Below, piece after piece: positions 39,368 to 49,255 of a DNA stretch of 64,000 bases (positions are counted from its first letter, which is position 1; each line of letters opens with the position of its first letter). The position numbers and the translations under genes are program-made. Source of the stretch: Pyrodictiaceae archaeon (GTDB lineage: Archaea > Thermoproteota > Thermoprotei_A > Sulfolobales > Pyrodictiaceae). Below the pieces are notes generated by a model. That model saw only the letters and a program-made list of their open reading frames with translations, was not told the origin of the DNA and did no database searches. The stretch spans positions 472,645 through 536,644 of the forward strand of contig JALVSY010000016.1 of the NCBI GenBank assembly GCA_027036135.1. Reading direction: 5' to 3'.

Positions 39368-39738
39368 CTTGTTCCTCACCCCCGTTACATGGGTGAGCGT
39401 CACTGAGACCAAGGCATGGCCACAATCAATGATCAAGAGAGGCCCGGAGAGGCGGGTTAAAGCTGGTATGTAGAGTAAGGGTGGGACGAAAGAGCCCACC
39501 AAGTGTATTACTGTGCTAAACGAGTCCACTCCTCTATCTACTGGTTGCTTATATATAAAGATTTCCGCTAAAGGATTAATGACTAGCAAAATTACTCATA
39601 AAAACAGATACGACACACATTAAACAAATATAGCCATAGTAGAAGCCCCGGTACAGAAGCCTAGCTCTATCCCTCGCAGAATGCGGGGCAACAAAGTAAT
39701 CACGGATCAGCAGTATGCACCGTATCCGGGGCGTCTAT

Positions 39739-40131
39739 ATGGCCAGGTGCCTAGCGGAGACGGGTTTCGGCTACATAGTCATTAGCGACAAGAGATATGA
39801 TCATGACGTCGTCATCTATCCCGGTGGAAGAGTGGAGAAGAGGCGCAAGGAACTCTCCTCCGCGAAGAGAGACATGTATGGCCATACTCCTCTTAGCGGC
39901 GAGGAACTAGGATACTACCTCTCAGCTGCAGGGAACATTGATTGCTTGGTCATAGGTACGGGGCAGTATGGCGCCCTTCCACTAGACGATAAGGCTAAGA
40001 GGATTATTAGAGAGCTAAGAGACAGAGGAGTAAGCGTTGTTGTTGACAAGACACCAGCAATAGTAGAGAGGTGCGACGAAATACTGAGCAGGTGCAAGAA
40101 CCCCTTGGTAATAGTTCACGTGACGTGCTGA
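39739..40131 (+). CDS. Mth938-like domain protein
   Basis: FGYIVI, YDHDV, IGTGQYG, HVTC. Confidence 0.9.
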   Translation: MARCLAETGFGYIVISDKRYDHDVVIYPGGRVEKRRKELSSAKRDMYGHTPLSGEELGYYLSAAGNIDCLVIGTGQYGALPLDDKAKRIIRELRDRGVSVVVDKTPAIVERCDEILSRCKNPLVIVHVTC

Positions 40132-40244
40132 GAACGCCTCCTCAGCCCACTATTGTTCCACGCTGGCTTATCGGGTCTCGTGGGCGAGGTTGAAAACCCC
40201 CTGGGAGCCTCGGGGGCAGTAGGGGTAAGGGGAGGAGGCCTCTG

Positions 40245-41198
40245 GTGAATACCAGGCTCCTACTAGGCTTCATCGGCGGCATCGGCCTCGGTGTCGAGGC
40301 TCCCGAGGAGCTAGCCCGGGGGCTAAAAGAGGGATTCACTAGCCTCTTTGCGCGCCGCTATCTCCCGGTCAAGGAGGTAGGCATTGACGGCGACAAGGTG
40401 CTGGCGACGCTCCATTGGCGCCCCGGGAGCGGGTTCGGGATAGAGGGTTATCGCCTAAGCGACAAGGGTGTTGACGAGTACGTTGTCTCCGGGGAGCCCC
40501 CAGCACCCTATACCAATGAGCCGCCCGTGTTCTTCGTGCTCCAAGTCGCTGCGAGGAGCTATGCTCGTAGCGGCCTACTACTCCTAACCGATAGTGTCAC
40601 GCTCTACGACCCAGTGTCTGGCAACGCTGCTCTCCTCCTAGGCTACCCCCATGGCGGGAAGAGCACCGTTGCGGCCCTAGCGCTTACTCGCGGACTACGA
40701 GTAGTCTCAACGGAGAACACCGTCGCGAGGGTAAGTCCTGGTGGACTAGAGGTCCTAGGGGGCACCGAGGTGCTCCTCTATCACCCAAGGGTAGAGGAGA
40801 GATACAAGGTCAAGCCACCAATAGAGCCGAGCGACGTGACAAGGCATGGTTACCGTGTACTAGACCTAGCCCCCTACACAGAGCTAGACAAACCAGCGAG
40901 GATAACTCATATCTTCGTGCTCCACTGCTCATTCGCCTCCCATGGTGCTAGCTTGGAACCAGTGAAGGGCAGGAAGATAGCCAAGACACTGTGGCACTTC
41001 GCCTCATCGCTCATAAGGGGCGACGACTACTACGATCCGCACCCATTATCGCTTACGAGCAAGGAGCTAGACGAGAGAATAGCCGGGGCAGTAAGAGAAG
41101 TAGCAAGTAGGTACACGGGGCGCTTCTACGAAGCCTACGGAGCACACGACAAGGTACTAGACAAGATAATAGAGATGCTCAGAGAAGCCCGGGGCTAG
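40245..41198 (+). CDS. P-loop protein of the HPr-kinase-like clan
   Basis: LLLGYPHGGKST followed by VVSTEN. Confidence 0.65.
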   Translation: MNTRLLLGFIGGIGLGVEAPEELARGLKEGFTSLFARRYLPVKEVGIDGDKVLATLHWRPGSGFGIEGYRLSDKGVDEYVVSGEPPAPYTNEPPVFFVLQVAARSYARSGLLLLTDSVTLYDPVSGNAALLLGYPHGGKSTVAALALTRGLRVVSTENTVARVSPGGLEVLGGTEVLLYHPRVEERYKVKPPIEPSDVTRHGYRVLDLAPYTELDKPARITHIFVLHCSFASHGASLEPVKGRKIAKTLWHFASSLIRGDDYYDPHPLSLTSKELDERIAGAVREVASRYTGRFYEAYGAHDKVLDKIIEMLREARG

Positions 41199-41704
41199 AA
41201 GCCATTGCAGAAATCACTGGGCTCAAGTACAACAGGTAGCCCCGGCAACACGAGAGAGGCAACGAGCAACGCTTCTCTGCAACGCGGCACCGTACACTTA
41301 TATAGGTGTGTAGGCGCTATCTTGTCGTCGCTTGAGCCTATTCCCCTGCCTACGGGCGTGAAGGCCCTGGTCGCGCTCAGGGCTAGTGCCAGGTAGGGCT
41401 CAGCTCTCGGCTTGCATAGCTTTTCCCCGGGTATCGCGATGGCTAGTCTCGGGGATAGCCCAGCCACTATTAGCTTGTCTATGTGCCAGTGGAGCCTCCT
41501 CCTGCGCCCACACAGGTGCCTGGAGAGCCTGGCGCGGAGCCCGCCGGGGCCGCAAGCGCTCCCAACGTAGACGTAGAGGCCTGGGCCTAGCGCGAGCCGC
41601 TGCCCAGCAATCACTGGGTCGATGCTGCGGCCTAGCTCTAGGAGCAATAGGTAGAGCCCCCGGCCCAGCGAGCCAAGCACCCTGCCCTGATTCCTTTGAG
41701 TCAT
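41195..41704 (-). CDS. GIY-YIG nuclease (DUF123)
   Basis: GLY...YVYVGSA, RLSRH, HWHID, GSSD. Confidence 0.88.
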   Translation of the reverse strand: MTQRNQGRVLGSLGRGLYLLLLELGRSIDPVIAGQRLALGPGLYVYVGSACGPGGLRARLSRHLCGRRRRLHWHIDKLIVAGLSPRLAIAIPGEKLCKPRAEPYLALALSATRAFTPVGRGIGSSDDKIAPTHLYKCTVPRCREALLVASLVLPGLPVVLEPSDFCNGF

Positions 41705-41726
41705 CCCGGCCCCAAGTCCCTGATGA

Positions 41727-42323
41727 CTATCTACTAGCTGACTGGTGCTTACTGAGCACGTCGCGGAGCTTTGCCAGGGCTTCCTCGTGGTCTCTAGTCC
41801 AGGCCCCCTTCTCCTCTAATATTGGCCTAACGTGCTCCTCCACGATACCCATTATCTTCTCGGCTAGGTAGATGATGTCCCTGGCTGCTTCTTCTCGGCT
41901 CCTGTACTTGCTTAGCTCCGCATCGGGATCCGGGCCATGGTACTGGTAATCGTGTAGATCAAGGGCCCTGTCAGTCAACGGGCCATAATACGGTATCCCT
42001 ACGTGCTCCTCAACTAGCTGGCCTAGCGCCTTAAGCCTCGTACTCGGAACCCTCGTCACGGCTCTTTCGAGGAACCACTCCCTCTCTGCTTCGCTCCCTG
42101 CTGCACGCGCTACTTGGTCAACGTGGAGGGCTAGTATTGCTGCTGTTAACGCCCTCCACGCCTGGAAAACCTTCCCAGCGGCGTTCCTCGTATAGCCCCT
42201 TGAGAGGAACTCTAGGCCCAGTAGCGACTCAAGCAAAGCCTCTAGAACACGGGCAGCAGCGTACCCTACACGGTCTCTCTGAGGCCTAGGCAAAGGCCTC
42301 TCCAATAACTCTGGAGCAGCCAT
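41727..42323 (-). CDS. PaREP1 family protein
   Basis: Close paralog of 8473-9036 and 33933-34517. Confidence 0.9.
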   Translation of the reverse strand: MAAPELLERPLPRPQRDRVGYAAARVLEALLESLLGLEFLSRGYTRNAAGKVFQAWRALTAAILALHVDQVARAAGSEAEREWFLERAVTRVPSTRLKALGQLVEEHVGIPYYGPLTDRALDLHDYQYHGPDPDAELSKYRSREEAARDIIYLAEKIMGIVEEHVRPILEEKGAWTRDHEEALAKLRDVLSKHQSASR

Positions 42324-42368
42324 TCCAGCACAGCCCAATTGGGAACTACATTTCCTTGATAACGGTTC

Positions 42369-42560
42369 TTAACCTTCTCCCGTACCGGCGTAGAGGTAAT
42401 TATTCTCTTTCTCTGCCTCGATTCTCCTAGAAGAAGTTATCAGCCTTGTAACTTCCACTGCCCTTTCACCGTCTACGCCAAAGGCTTCGCGAAGGCTCCT
42501 GGGTACGCGAGACAAACTATTATCCTTGCCCTTAAACCCTGTGCGTGACTCTTCACGCAT
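42369..42560 (-). CDS. Small AbrB-like protein or remnant
   Basis: VPRSLREAFGV resembles AbrB IPxxIRxxLGI; own TATA at ~42590. Confidence 0.35.
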   Translation of the reverse strand: MREESRTGFKGKDNSLSRVPRSLREAFGVDGERAVEVTRLITSSRRIEAEKENNYLYAGTGEG

Positions 42561-42752
42561 AGTTGCTCCTCCCTAGGTACTACTCCTCTTATATACCTCA
42601 TTTCTGTTAAAGCCAGGCTAAATCGGCTAGAGTATCTTTGGCCAACGATAATGCATGCACGAAGAACGTAGGGATGCGATCAAAGCGTTTACAAAAACTG
42701 ATTAGGGGTAACTTGCTCCGTGAAAACCTTGTTCGTTATTGGGTAGTTTGTG

Positions 42753-43934
42753 TTACTTGGGGTGGTATAGTCTGTTGAGGTAGCTTTGCTCCCATCTGTC
42801 CTTTTGTAGCGTGTAGTCTCTCTTCGGTACTGGGTCCTTGCTTGGCTTTGGCGGCTTGGTTGTGAAGTTTAGGCCGAACTGGACGCTCTCTGTCTCTAGC
42901 TTGCCTTCTAGGTTGCCTAGGTATGCCCAGCCCACGAAGGTGTATTGTACACTGTATGGCTCTGCCCCTGCTCCCAGGTCCTCTAGTAGCTTGTTGGCCG
43001 CGAAGAGTGCGCTCTCATAGGCTATCTCCTGGTTCTTGGGGAATGGTAGCTTTGCTGCATCACCTGCTGCTAGCACGTCGTCGTAGCGTGGGCTCCTTAG
43101 GTCCTGTGGGCTCCTGACCTCGAACCATTTCTCGCCGAGGCCTGCCTCCTCTATGAATCTCGGGGCTCTGTTTGGCTCCAGCATTGCTAGTATTGTGTAT
43201 TCTAGTTTCTCGCCATCGTTTAGCACTACGTAGTCTGGCCCAACTTCTACTATCTCCCTGCTAGTTATGAGCTCGATTCCTGCCTTCTCGTACCTCTCCT
43301 TGATCACGTCAGCGATAACTGGTGGCTGTGGCTTATCGTTTGCGTCTACATGGATTATTCTGAAGTTCTCGCGTACTCCGCGGTGCTTGAGCACCGTGTA
43401 GATGGCCATCGCGGTCTCTGCGGGGGCTGGTGCACAGCGGTAGGGCTGCTTAGGAGCATACACTATCACTGTGCCCTTTGTGGCTGCCCATATTCTCTGC
43501 TTCAGCACGTCCACTCTGCCTGGCTCGTAAACGGTTGCGTTGCGGTACCAGTTCTCCTTGTAGCCCTCTATGCTGCTACCATCGAATACGACGCCCGGCG
43601 CTACTACGAGGTAGTCATAGGTCACTTTGCGGGTAACCGGGTTCCTTGTCGGGTTCTCGACCACCTCTACGACTCTCTCTGCGGGGTCTATCCTCGCTAC
43701 TGTGCCGAATACGAAGTTTATGCCCTTAGCAGCGGCCTCCTCATAGCCCCTTATCATCCTGTCATAGCTCTGCTCGTTTGTGAGCAGTAGTGGCCTACTG
43801 GGCCCGGTCATGTAGAATGGGTCCTTCGTTACCACGGTTATGTCTACTAGGTCCTTTGCCTTATCGAATACCGCGTGTGCTACACTCATGCCTGCTATGC
43901 CGCCGCCTATTATGACTAGTCTCTTCTTCGCCAT
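42753..43934 (-). CDS. SQR/flavocytochrome c sulfide dehydrogenase-like flavoprotein
   Basis: [31 protein letters not shown]. Confidence 0.85.
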   Translation of the reverse strand: MAKKRLVIIGGGIAGMSVAHAVFDKAKDLVDITVVTKDPFYMTGPSRPLLLTNEQSYDRMIRGYEEAAAKGINFVFGTVARIDPAERVVEVVENPTRNPVTRKVTYDYLVVAPGVVFDGSSIEGYKENWYRNATVYEPGRVDVLKQRIWAATKGTVIVYAPKQPYRCAPAPAETAMAIYTVLKHRGVRENFRIIHVDANDKPQPPVIADVIKERYEKAGIELITSREIVEVGPDYVVLNDGEKLEYTILAMLEPNRAPRFIEEAGLGEKWFEVRSPQDLRSPRYDDVLAAGDAAKLPFPKNQEIAYESALFAANKLLEDLGAGAEPYSVQYTFVGWAYLGNLEGKLETESVQFGLNFTTKPPKPSKDPVPKRDYTLQKDRWEQSYLNRLYHPK

Positions 43935-44329
43935 CGTGCACCCCTCTTGGGCTTGAACGCGTGTTTCTTGTTCAGCCGTGTAAGAGTGGTAGAGCCTAAG
44001 AAAGAGAGAGGGTCTAAAAGCATTACTCCTACGTCTACGAAACAGAACCTATTTTAGACACCAGGATTCCTCCATAGTATTACTGTGTTGCAACACGGAT
44101 CCACGAGGTATTGTATGTGTACCGACGCTGACTAAGCTAAATAAACTGCAGTAGAGAGCCAAAAGGGATGAAAAAGGAGATAGAGCCACGGCTTGAGGGT
44201 CTCCGGGACAACACCTGGGCAATAAGGGGGTGTGAGTCAGTCTTGTTCGTTGAGGAAGAGGTTGCGCGTATAGGCGGGGACTTGGATGACGATGTTGACC
44301 CGGAGGAGGAGCAGGGCGTGCCGGGCCAT

Positions 44330-44722
44330 ATGGGTAAGAAGAACTGGGCTAAACGGCTACAAGGCTTCCTAAGAGACGCCGGGATCAGCTTTGAGGCGGA
44401 GGGCGAGGCCACGAGAATACATCTGGGCATGCTGAGCGTAGAGGTCACCGAGGCAGGCGAGAACAGCTACGCAGTGGTGCTTACTGTGCCGCTGCCCGGC
44501 TCAAGCGAGGACGCCAGGGACGAGGAGACCGTTAACGCTTATCGGGACGCGCTACGAGTCCTAGCAGGCCTAGGCGCGGAGGAGCTAAGATACGAGCTAG
44601 AGACCGATATGCCGGGCTACCCCGCGCTACGAGTAATAGTTGAGTACAGTGACCCCAACGAGTTAGCGGAGAGGCTCATAGAGGCCCTGAAGCCCTTCGC
44701 GCGACAAGAGAGGACAGACTAG
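44330..44722 (+). CDS. Hypothetical protein
   Basis: ORF with typical codon usage; likely ATG 44330 (open from 44168). Confidence 0.65.
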   Translation: MGKKNWAKRLQGFLRDAGISFEAEGEATRIHLGMLSVEVTEAGENSYAVVLTVPLPGSSEDARDEETVNAYRDALRVLAGLGAEELRYELETDMPGYPALRVIVEYSDPNELAERLIEALKPFARQERTD

Positions 44723-45416
44723 CCCCTAATTGTTTCTTGGCCGCGTACTCGCATACTGGGCGCAGGGGGCACTCGCTGCAACGAGGCCTCCTCGGCCTGC
44801 AAATCTCTCTACCTAGCTGGATGAGCGCTAGGTGAACTCGTATCCTCTTATCCCGGGGTATTAGTGGCTCCATTATCCTCCTAGCCTCGTAGAGATCGCT
44901 ACCACTAGGCACTATGCCCAGCCTCTTGGCTATCCGGAGTATATGGGTATCCACGACGAACACCTCTTTCCCGAAGAGAGCGGCGAGGACTATGTCAGCA
45001 GTCTTCTCGCCCACCCCGGGCACGCTCAGCAATAACTCCCTAGCCTTGCTCGGCTCAAGGCTCAGGAAGGCCCCTAGGCCGCCCAACGCGGCTATCTTCT
45101 CCGCGAGCTCCCGTAGCATGCGCGCCCTTAGCTTATAGAGTCCGAATGGGCGCAGCGCCTCCACTAGCTCCTCCTCACTAGCCTCTAGCAACGAGTCAAG
45201 GCTAGGGAACTTCTCAAAGAACTTCGGCAAATACCTCTGCCTCAGCGCGTAGCTGGTCCGGTTACCCAGGAGCAAACCAACCAGGACACGGTAGGGATCC
45301 CTCTCACTTTGCCACCAAGGCTCCACGACACGCCACTTAGACAACGCCTCTACGAGGAACCTCATCTTCTCCTCAGTACTACTAGCTCTCTTCTTGCTAG
45401 GCTTCTCCTCTACCAT
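44676..45416 (-). CDS. nth: Endonuclease III (HhH-GPD, 4Fe-4S)
   Basis: VPGVGEKTA, VDTH, C-x6-C-x2-C-x5-C. Confidence 0.9.
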   Translation of the reverse strand: MVEEKPSKKRASSTEEKMRFLVEALSKWRVVEPWWQSERDPYRVLVGLLLGNRTSYALRQRYLPKFFEKFPSLDSLLEASEEELVEALRPFGLYKLRARMLRELAEKIAALGGLGAFLSLEPSKARELLLSVPGVGEKTADIVLAALFGKEVFVVDTHILRIAKRLGIVPSGSDLYEARRIMEPLIPRDKRIRVHLALIQLGREICRPRRPRCSECPLRPVCEYAAKKQLGASLSSLVARRASGPL

Positions 45417-45550
45417 AGTCTCTTCCTCAATGCGCTTAGAGGTATCGGTGGCGATGACGCCGCGTCAAACCCTATATATAGTTTTTGAGTCCCAGCTACC
45501 CATGTATACACGCATAAGCATCATCACGCAGCAAACTAACCGGGTAAGCA

Positions 45551-47305
45551 ATGTTGCGCCCAACAATAATAGTCATAACCCTAGTAATAGGCCTACTGCT
45601 TGCAGCAAGCCAAGCAACGGGCAAAGAAGTAGCCAAGGTCATAGTGTTCCCTGGCAGCCCCGTGGAGTTCGGTGTAGTCAGTACGGGCAATACTTCTCTC
45701 CTTGATGCGACAATCTTCGTTGGTAAGGGGGGTATGAGGCTACTAGGTATACTCAGTGATGACAACGTTACATGGTACAAGGTAGCGCCTCTTAGCCCAA
45801 GCAAATTCTCCTCCTATGCACCAGTATTGCTAAGTGGTGACAAGATCTATGTCTTCGGGGCCCAGGGGACAGCGTTTCAGCGGCTAAGATTCCTAGTAGG
45901 CACTTTGTCCCTAAGAGAGCTAAGAGGAGAAACCACACTAATAGAGCCAAGAACCGGTGGCAACGAGACTCCACACATCATACCCATAGGCATAGAGCCC
46001 GTCAAGACACCACGAGGCTCTCACGTACTCTACCTCGTCGCTAACCTGGTAAATACACGGTCAACCGGGAACGCTACCTACGAGAAAGAATACGTTTTCA
46101 AGGGGGTAGTGTTCTTCAGGATAGGGCTCGAGAAGCTAACTATTGACGCGACATTCTTTCCTGCAAGAAACGTGGCCATTCTAGCTCAACACGTCATCGA
46201 CGACGAGGTATATGTTGCGGGGATAAGTGGCTCGAACATATCCCAGATATCCATACCTCCCAGGAATCTGAGCCTAGTAATCGGGGCCTTGTATGGAAAC
46301 ACTCTCAGCCTTCACTACTACCGTGTACCGGAATGCATCATGCCCATAGCGATGAATATACAGGATAACATGTTGTACCTTGAGTGCGCGAAGCCCGAGA
46401 AGTTCCAGCTAAGCCTTCTCGCAGTAAATACCAAGACTTGGCAAATAGAATGGGCAATGATGTACAACGTCTCGGGAGCATTCGTCGGGAAAATACAGCC
46501 CCCAATAGTAATGGGCAAGAAGATCTACGTCCCTATCATGAACGGGCTCTTGGTTGTGGATGGTGAGACAGGTAGACCGCTAAAAGCGCTATCAATAGCG
46601 TCCACGCCCACGAGTCGTGCGCCGAGAGTAGTCGGTGTAAACATTTGGCGTATTGAGAACAACAATTATGTGTCACTGATGAATGTTGAGGGTAAGGCAG
46701 TTATTCTGGTATCCTTGAGACTCGTTGAGAAGGCTAGATGCATGCAAGTAGGAGAGATAGCTCTGGGAGAGGTAAAGATAGTCTCAGAGCCGCTTAAGTA
46801 TTCTATACTAGGCCAAAAAACTATTCAGGGAGAACAGCTCAGTATAAGTACATCGCCAGGCCCGTCACTCATATTGGTGAAGTACACTAACGTATCGGTG
46901 AAGGAGGCGGAGATAAAGTATCCTGAGAATTGTAAGCCCCAGGGATTCCCAGCACCAACTATGACAATAACCAAGACAACGACCACCATAACACTAACCG
47001 CTATCAACACTACTACATTGACGCAGACAACTATCACGCCGACCAATACGACTAAGCCACTAGGCACAGAGCAGTCAGTAACAAAGACGGGGCCAACAAC
47101 ACCCTATGGCACTACTAGCCCGGTGAAGCAGAGCACCACCACTCCTAGGAATGAGGCATCGGCACCAGCTGCTATGTCTACATCACCTGTAGCAAGTAGT
47201 GCCAAGGTGGTAAACCACCATAGCTGGAAGGAAGCAGCGGTAGCAACAAGCATTATCGTCTTAGCTGTCATAGTCGCGGTGGCCCTATTAGCGCGTAGAA
47301 AGTAG
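45551..47305 (+). CDS. Cell-surface beta-propeller-like protein with Thr-rich stalk and C-terminal TM
   Basis: Signal peptide, PQQ-like blades (VVDGETGRP), poly-Thr, TM + RRK. Confidence 0.8.
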   Translation: MLRPTIIVITLVIGLLLAASQATGKEVAKVIVFPGSPVEFGVVSTGNTSLLDATIFVGKGGMRLLGILSDDNVTWYKVAPLSPSKFSSYAPVLLSGDKIYVFGAQGTAFQRLRFLVGTLSLRELRGETTLIEPRTGGNETPHIIPIGIEPVKTPRGSHVLYLVANLVNTRSTGNATYEKEYVFKGVVFFRIGLEKLTIDATFFPARNVAILAQHVIDDEVYVAGISGSNISQISIPPRNLSLVIGALYGNTLSLHYYRVPECIMPIAMNIQDNMLYLECAKPEKFQLSLLAVNTKTWQIEWAMMYNVSGAFVGKIQPPIVMGKKIYVPIMNGLLVVDGETGRPLKALSIASTPTSRAPRVVGVNIWRIENNNYVSLMNVEGKAVILVSLRLVEKARCMQVGEIALGEVKIVSEPLKYSILGQKTIQGEQLSISTSPGPSLILVKYTNVSVKEAEIKYPENCKPQGFPAPTMTITKTTTTITLTAINTTTLTQTTITPTNTTKPLGTEQSVTKTGPTTPYGTTSPVKQSTTTPRNEASAPAAMSTSPVASSAKVVNHHSWKEAAVATSIIVLAVIVAVALLARRK

Positions 47306-47382
47306 TGAATCTCCTCCTAGCACGAATAACAAGGTTTTTGCTAGGCGTGTCTTCCTTGTCTAGTTATTTTTATAGCCGCATT

Positions 47383-49100
47383 ATGCTAGAAAGGAGATCG
47401 GGGATTGTTTTCTTTGCTCGTGGGTCTTTCTTGGCAATAACTGTTCTTATATTACTAGCTACTATGGTGCCTGGTTCAGCTGCTTATGCGGGAAGAATCG
47501 TGCTTGCTAGGCTACCGAGTCATCCGGTAGTTGTTGATGTCCACGACGAGGGTAAGGCATCGGTTATGCTTGTCTCCTTGTTCAAGCATGGCGGCGCGGG
47601 GCTTGTCCAAGTTATTGGCAGCGAGTACCAGGCTGGTATAAACTAGTTCCGAGTAATGTCTCCTTTAGTGCTCGCTCGGCTCTATTTCTCCGAGGAGATG
47701 AGTTGTGCATCTATGGAGTCTGTGGAACTATGAAGCCCTGGTTCTATGAGCTAATGCCCGTACTAGTCACCGTTTCCCTAAGGACTGGACAAGGCACCGT
47801 GGAGACTATGGCAATGCTGGGCAACGAGTCTTTGAAGATTGTCCCCGTTGGTGCGAGCCCGGGGCCGAGTAGCCAGCCTTATGTGTTCTACGCGGCTAAC
47901 ATCCTAGGAAGAAGCATAAGCAGCAACTCCTCTAGTGACGTGTTCGTCCCGGAGGGGTTATTGGTGGCCCGGATAATGCTAGGAGAGGGGCCAGAGGCTG
48001 ACTCGCTCTTCTTCCCAGCGAGAAACGTGTTATTCACCGCCCACCTCGTGGTGGGTGGAACCGTCTATGTGGCAGGGATACACGTAGAGGAGGTAAAGGA
48101 GGTAACTGAGAGACTACCCGGCAACACAACAATAGTGATCGGGGCGGTTCACGGAGACACAATGATTCTCCACGAGTATAGGGTTCCCGGTTGTAGTCTC
48201 CCCCATGACATATACATTTCCAATAATACTCTCTACCTCTCATGCATGGGAGGCCACGATTTCAACCTAGTCCTTCTAGCCCTAGACCTAGCCACCTGGA
48301 AGCCATTATGGGGTGCCTCCTACAACGCATCAACCATGGTATTCGGCGCCAAAGGCACGCCACTAATTGAGATGAATAATCGCCTCTATGTACCAGTAAC
48401 TAATTGCCTAGCAGTAATAGGCCCGAGAACGGGTAAACCGCTAAAAGCAATAACGCTTGCAACCATGCCATAGCATCCAAGACCAAGCCTAGTAGGCATA
48501 ACTACTACCCATATACTCGGCGAGCCCTACGTAGTAGTCGTGAACTATACCAACAATACAACTACCCAGATATCACTAAGCCTCCTAAAGAACACCAAAT
48601 GCACACAGGCGGGGAACATAGTCCTCGGAGAGACAAAACTAGCCTGAACAAGGCTCAGACCCGTACCACTAGGAGCGGAAAAGGTAGAGGGAAAACAATT
48701 ACCACTAACACTGACCAAGTTATCAACAATAAGCATCGAGAAATACAACAACGTAACCGAGAAACACCCAAAGATAACCCACCCTAGGAACTGCAGGTCC
48801 TCAGAGAGCAGACTAGAATCAATAAAAATAGTGATAAAGACTACAATCCTAACCATAAAGAGTGCTAAGACATGGACAAAGATAACAACCCCTACCCAGC
48901 ACTGGCGGAAGACAACAAGTAATCACCTAGCAAGAAGCGCATCTACCAGGGCAAGCAAGGTAGCATCAATAACTATACAGAGCAATACAATGAAGACGAG
49001 AGTAAACAAGGGTAATGCCGGAAGAACCTTATTAGCCATAGCAGCGATTATTGTAGTCCTCACGGCACTTGTACTGCTGCAAAGAGCGAGGCGCACTTAG
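47383..49100 (+). pseudogene. Degenerate tandem paralog of the 45551 surface protein
   Basis: Collinear homology (FFPARNV, TGKPLKAI, IVLGE, HPRNC); frameshift ~47630, stops at 48471 and 48645. Confidence 0.85.
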
Positions 49101-49255
49101 CTACCTCGGTTTCCCTTTCATCAGTAACAAGTGCAGGATAATAGAGAGACCCTAGACGCATTTATCCCGAACAAAGAATCAAGAAAGGAAATAAAAGCAT
49201 ATACGGCTACGGCCCAGTTCCCCCGCTTCCAAGGCTCTGCAGGGAATGCACCTGC

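Noticed and set aside
44168-44329. Acidic N-terminal extension or C/D-like GGATGA motif
   Set aside because: No D box; extension probably upstream of the true start
48471-48647. In-frame TAG and TGA as pyrrolysine/selenocysteine recoding
   Set aside because: The same gene also has a frameshift, and no recoding machinery or SECIS is evident; pseudogene is simpler
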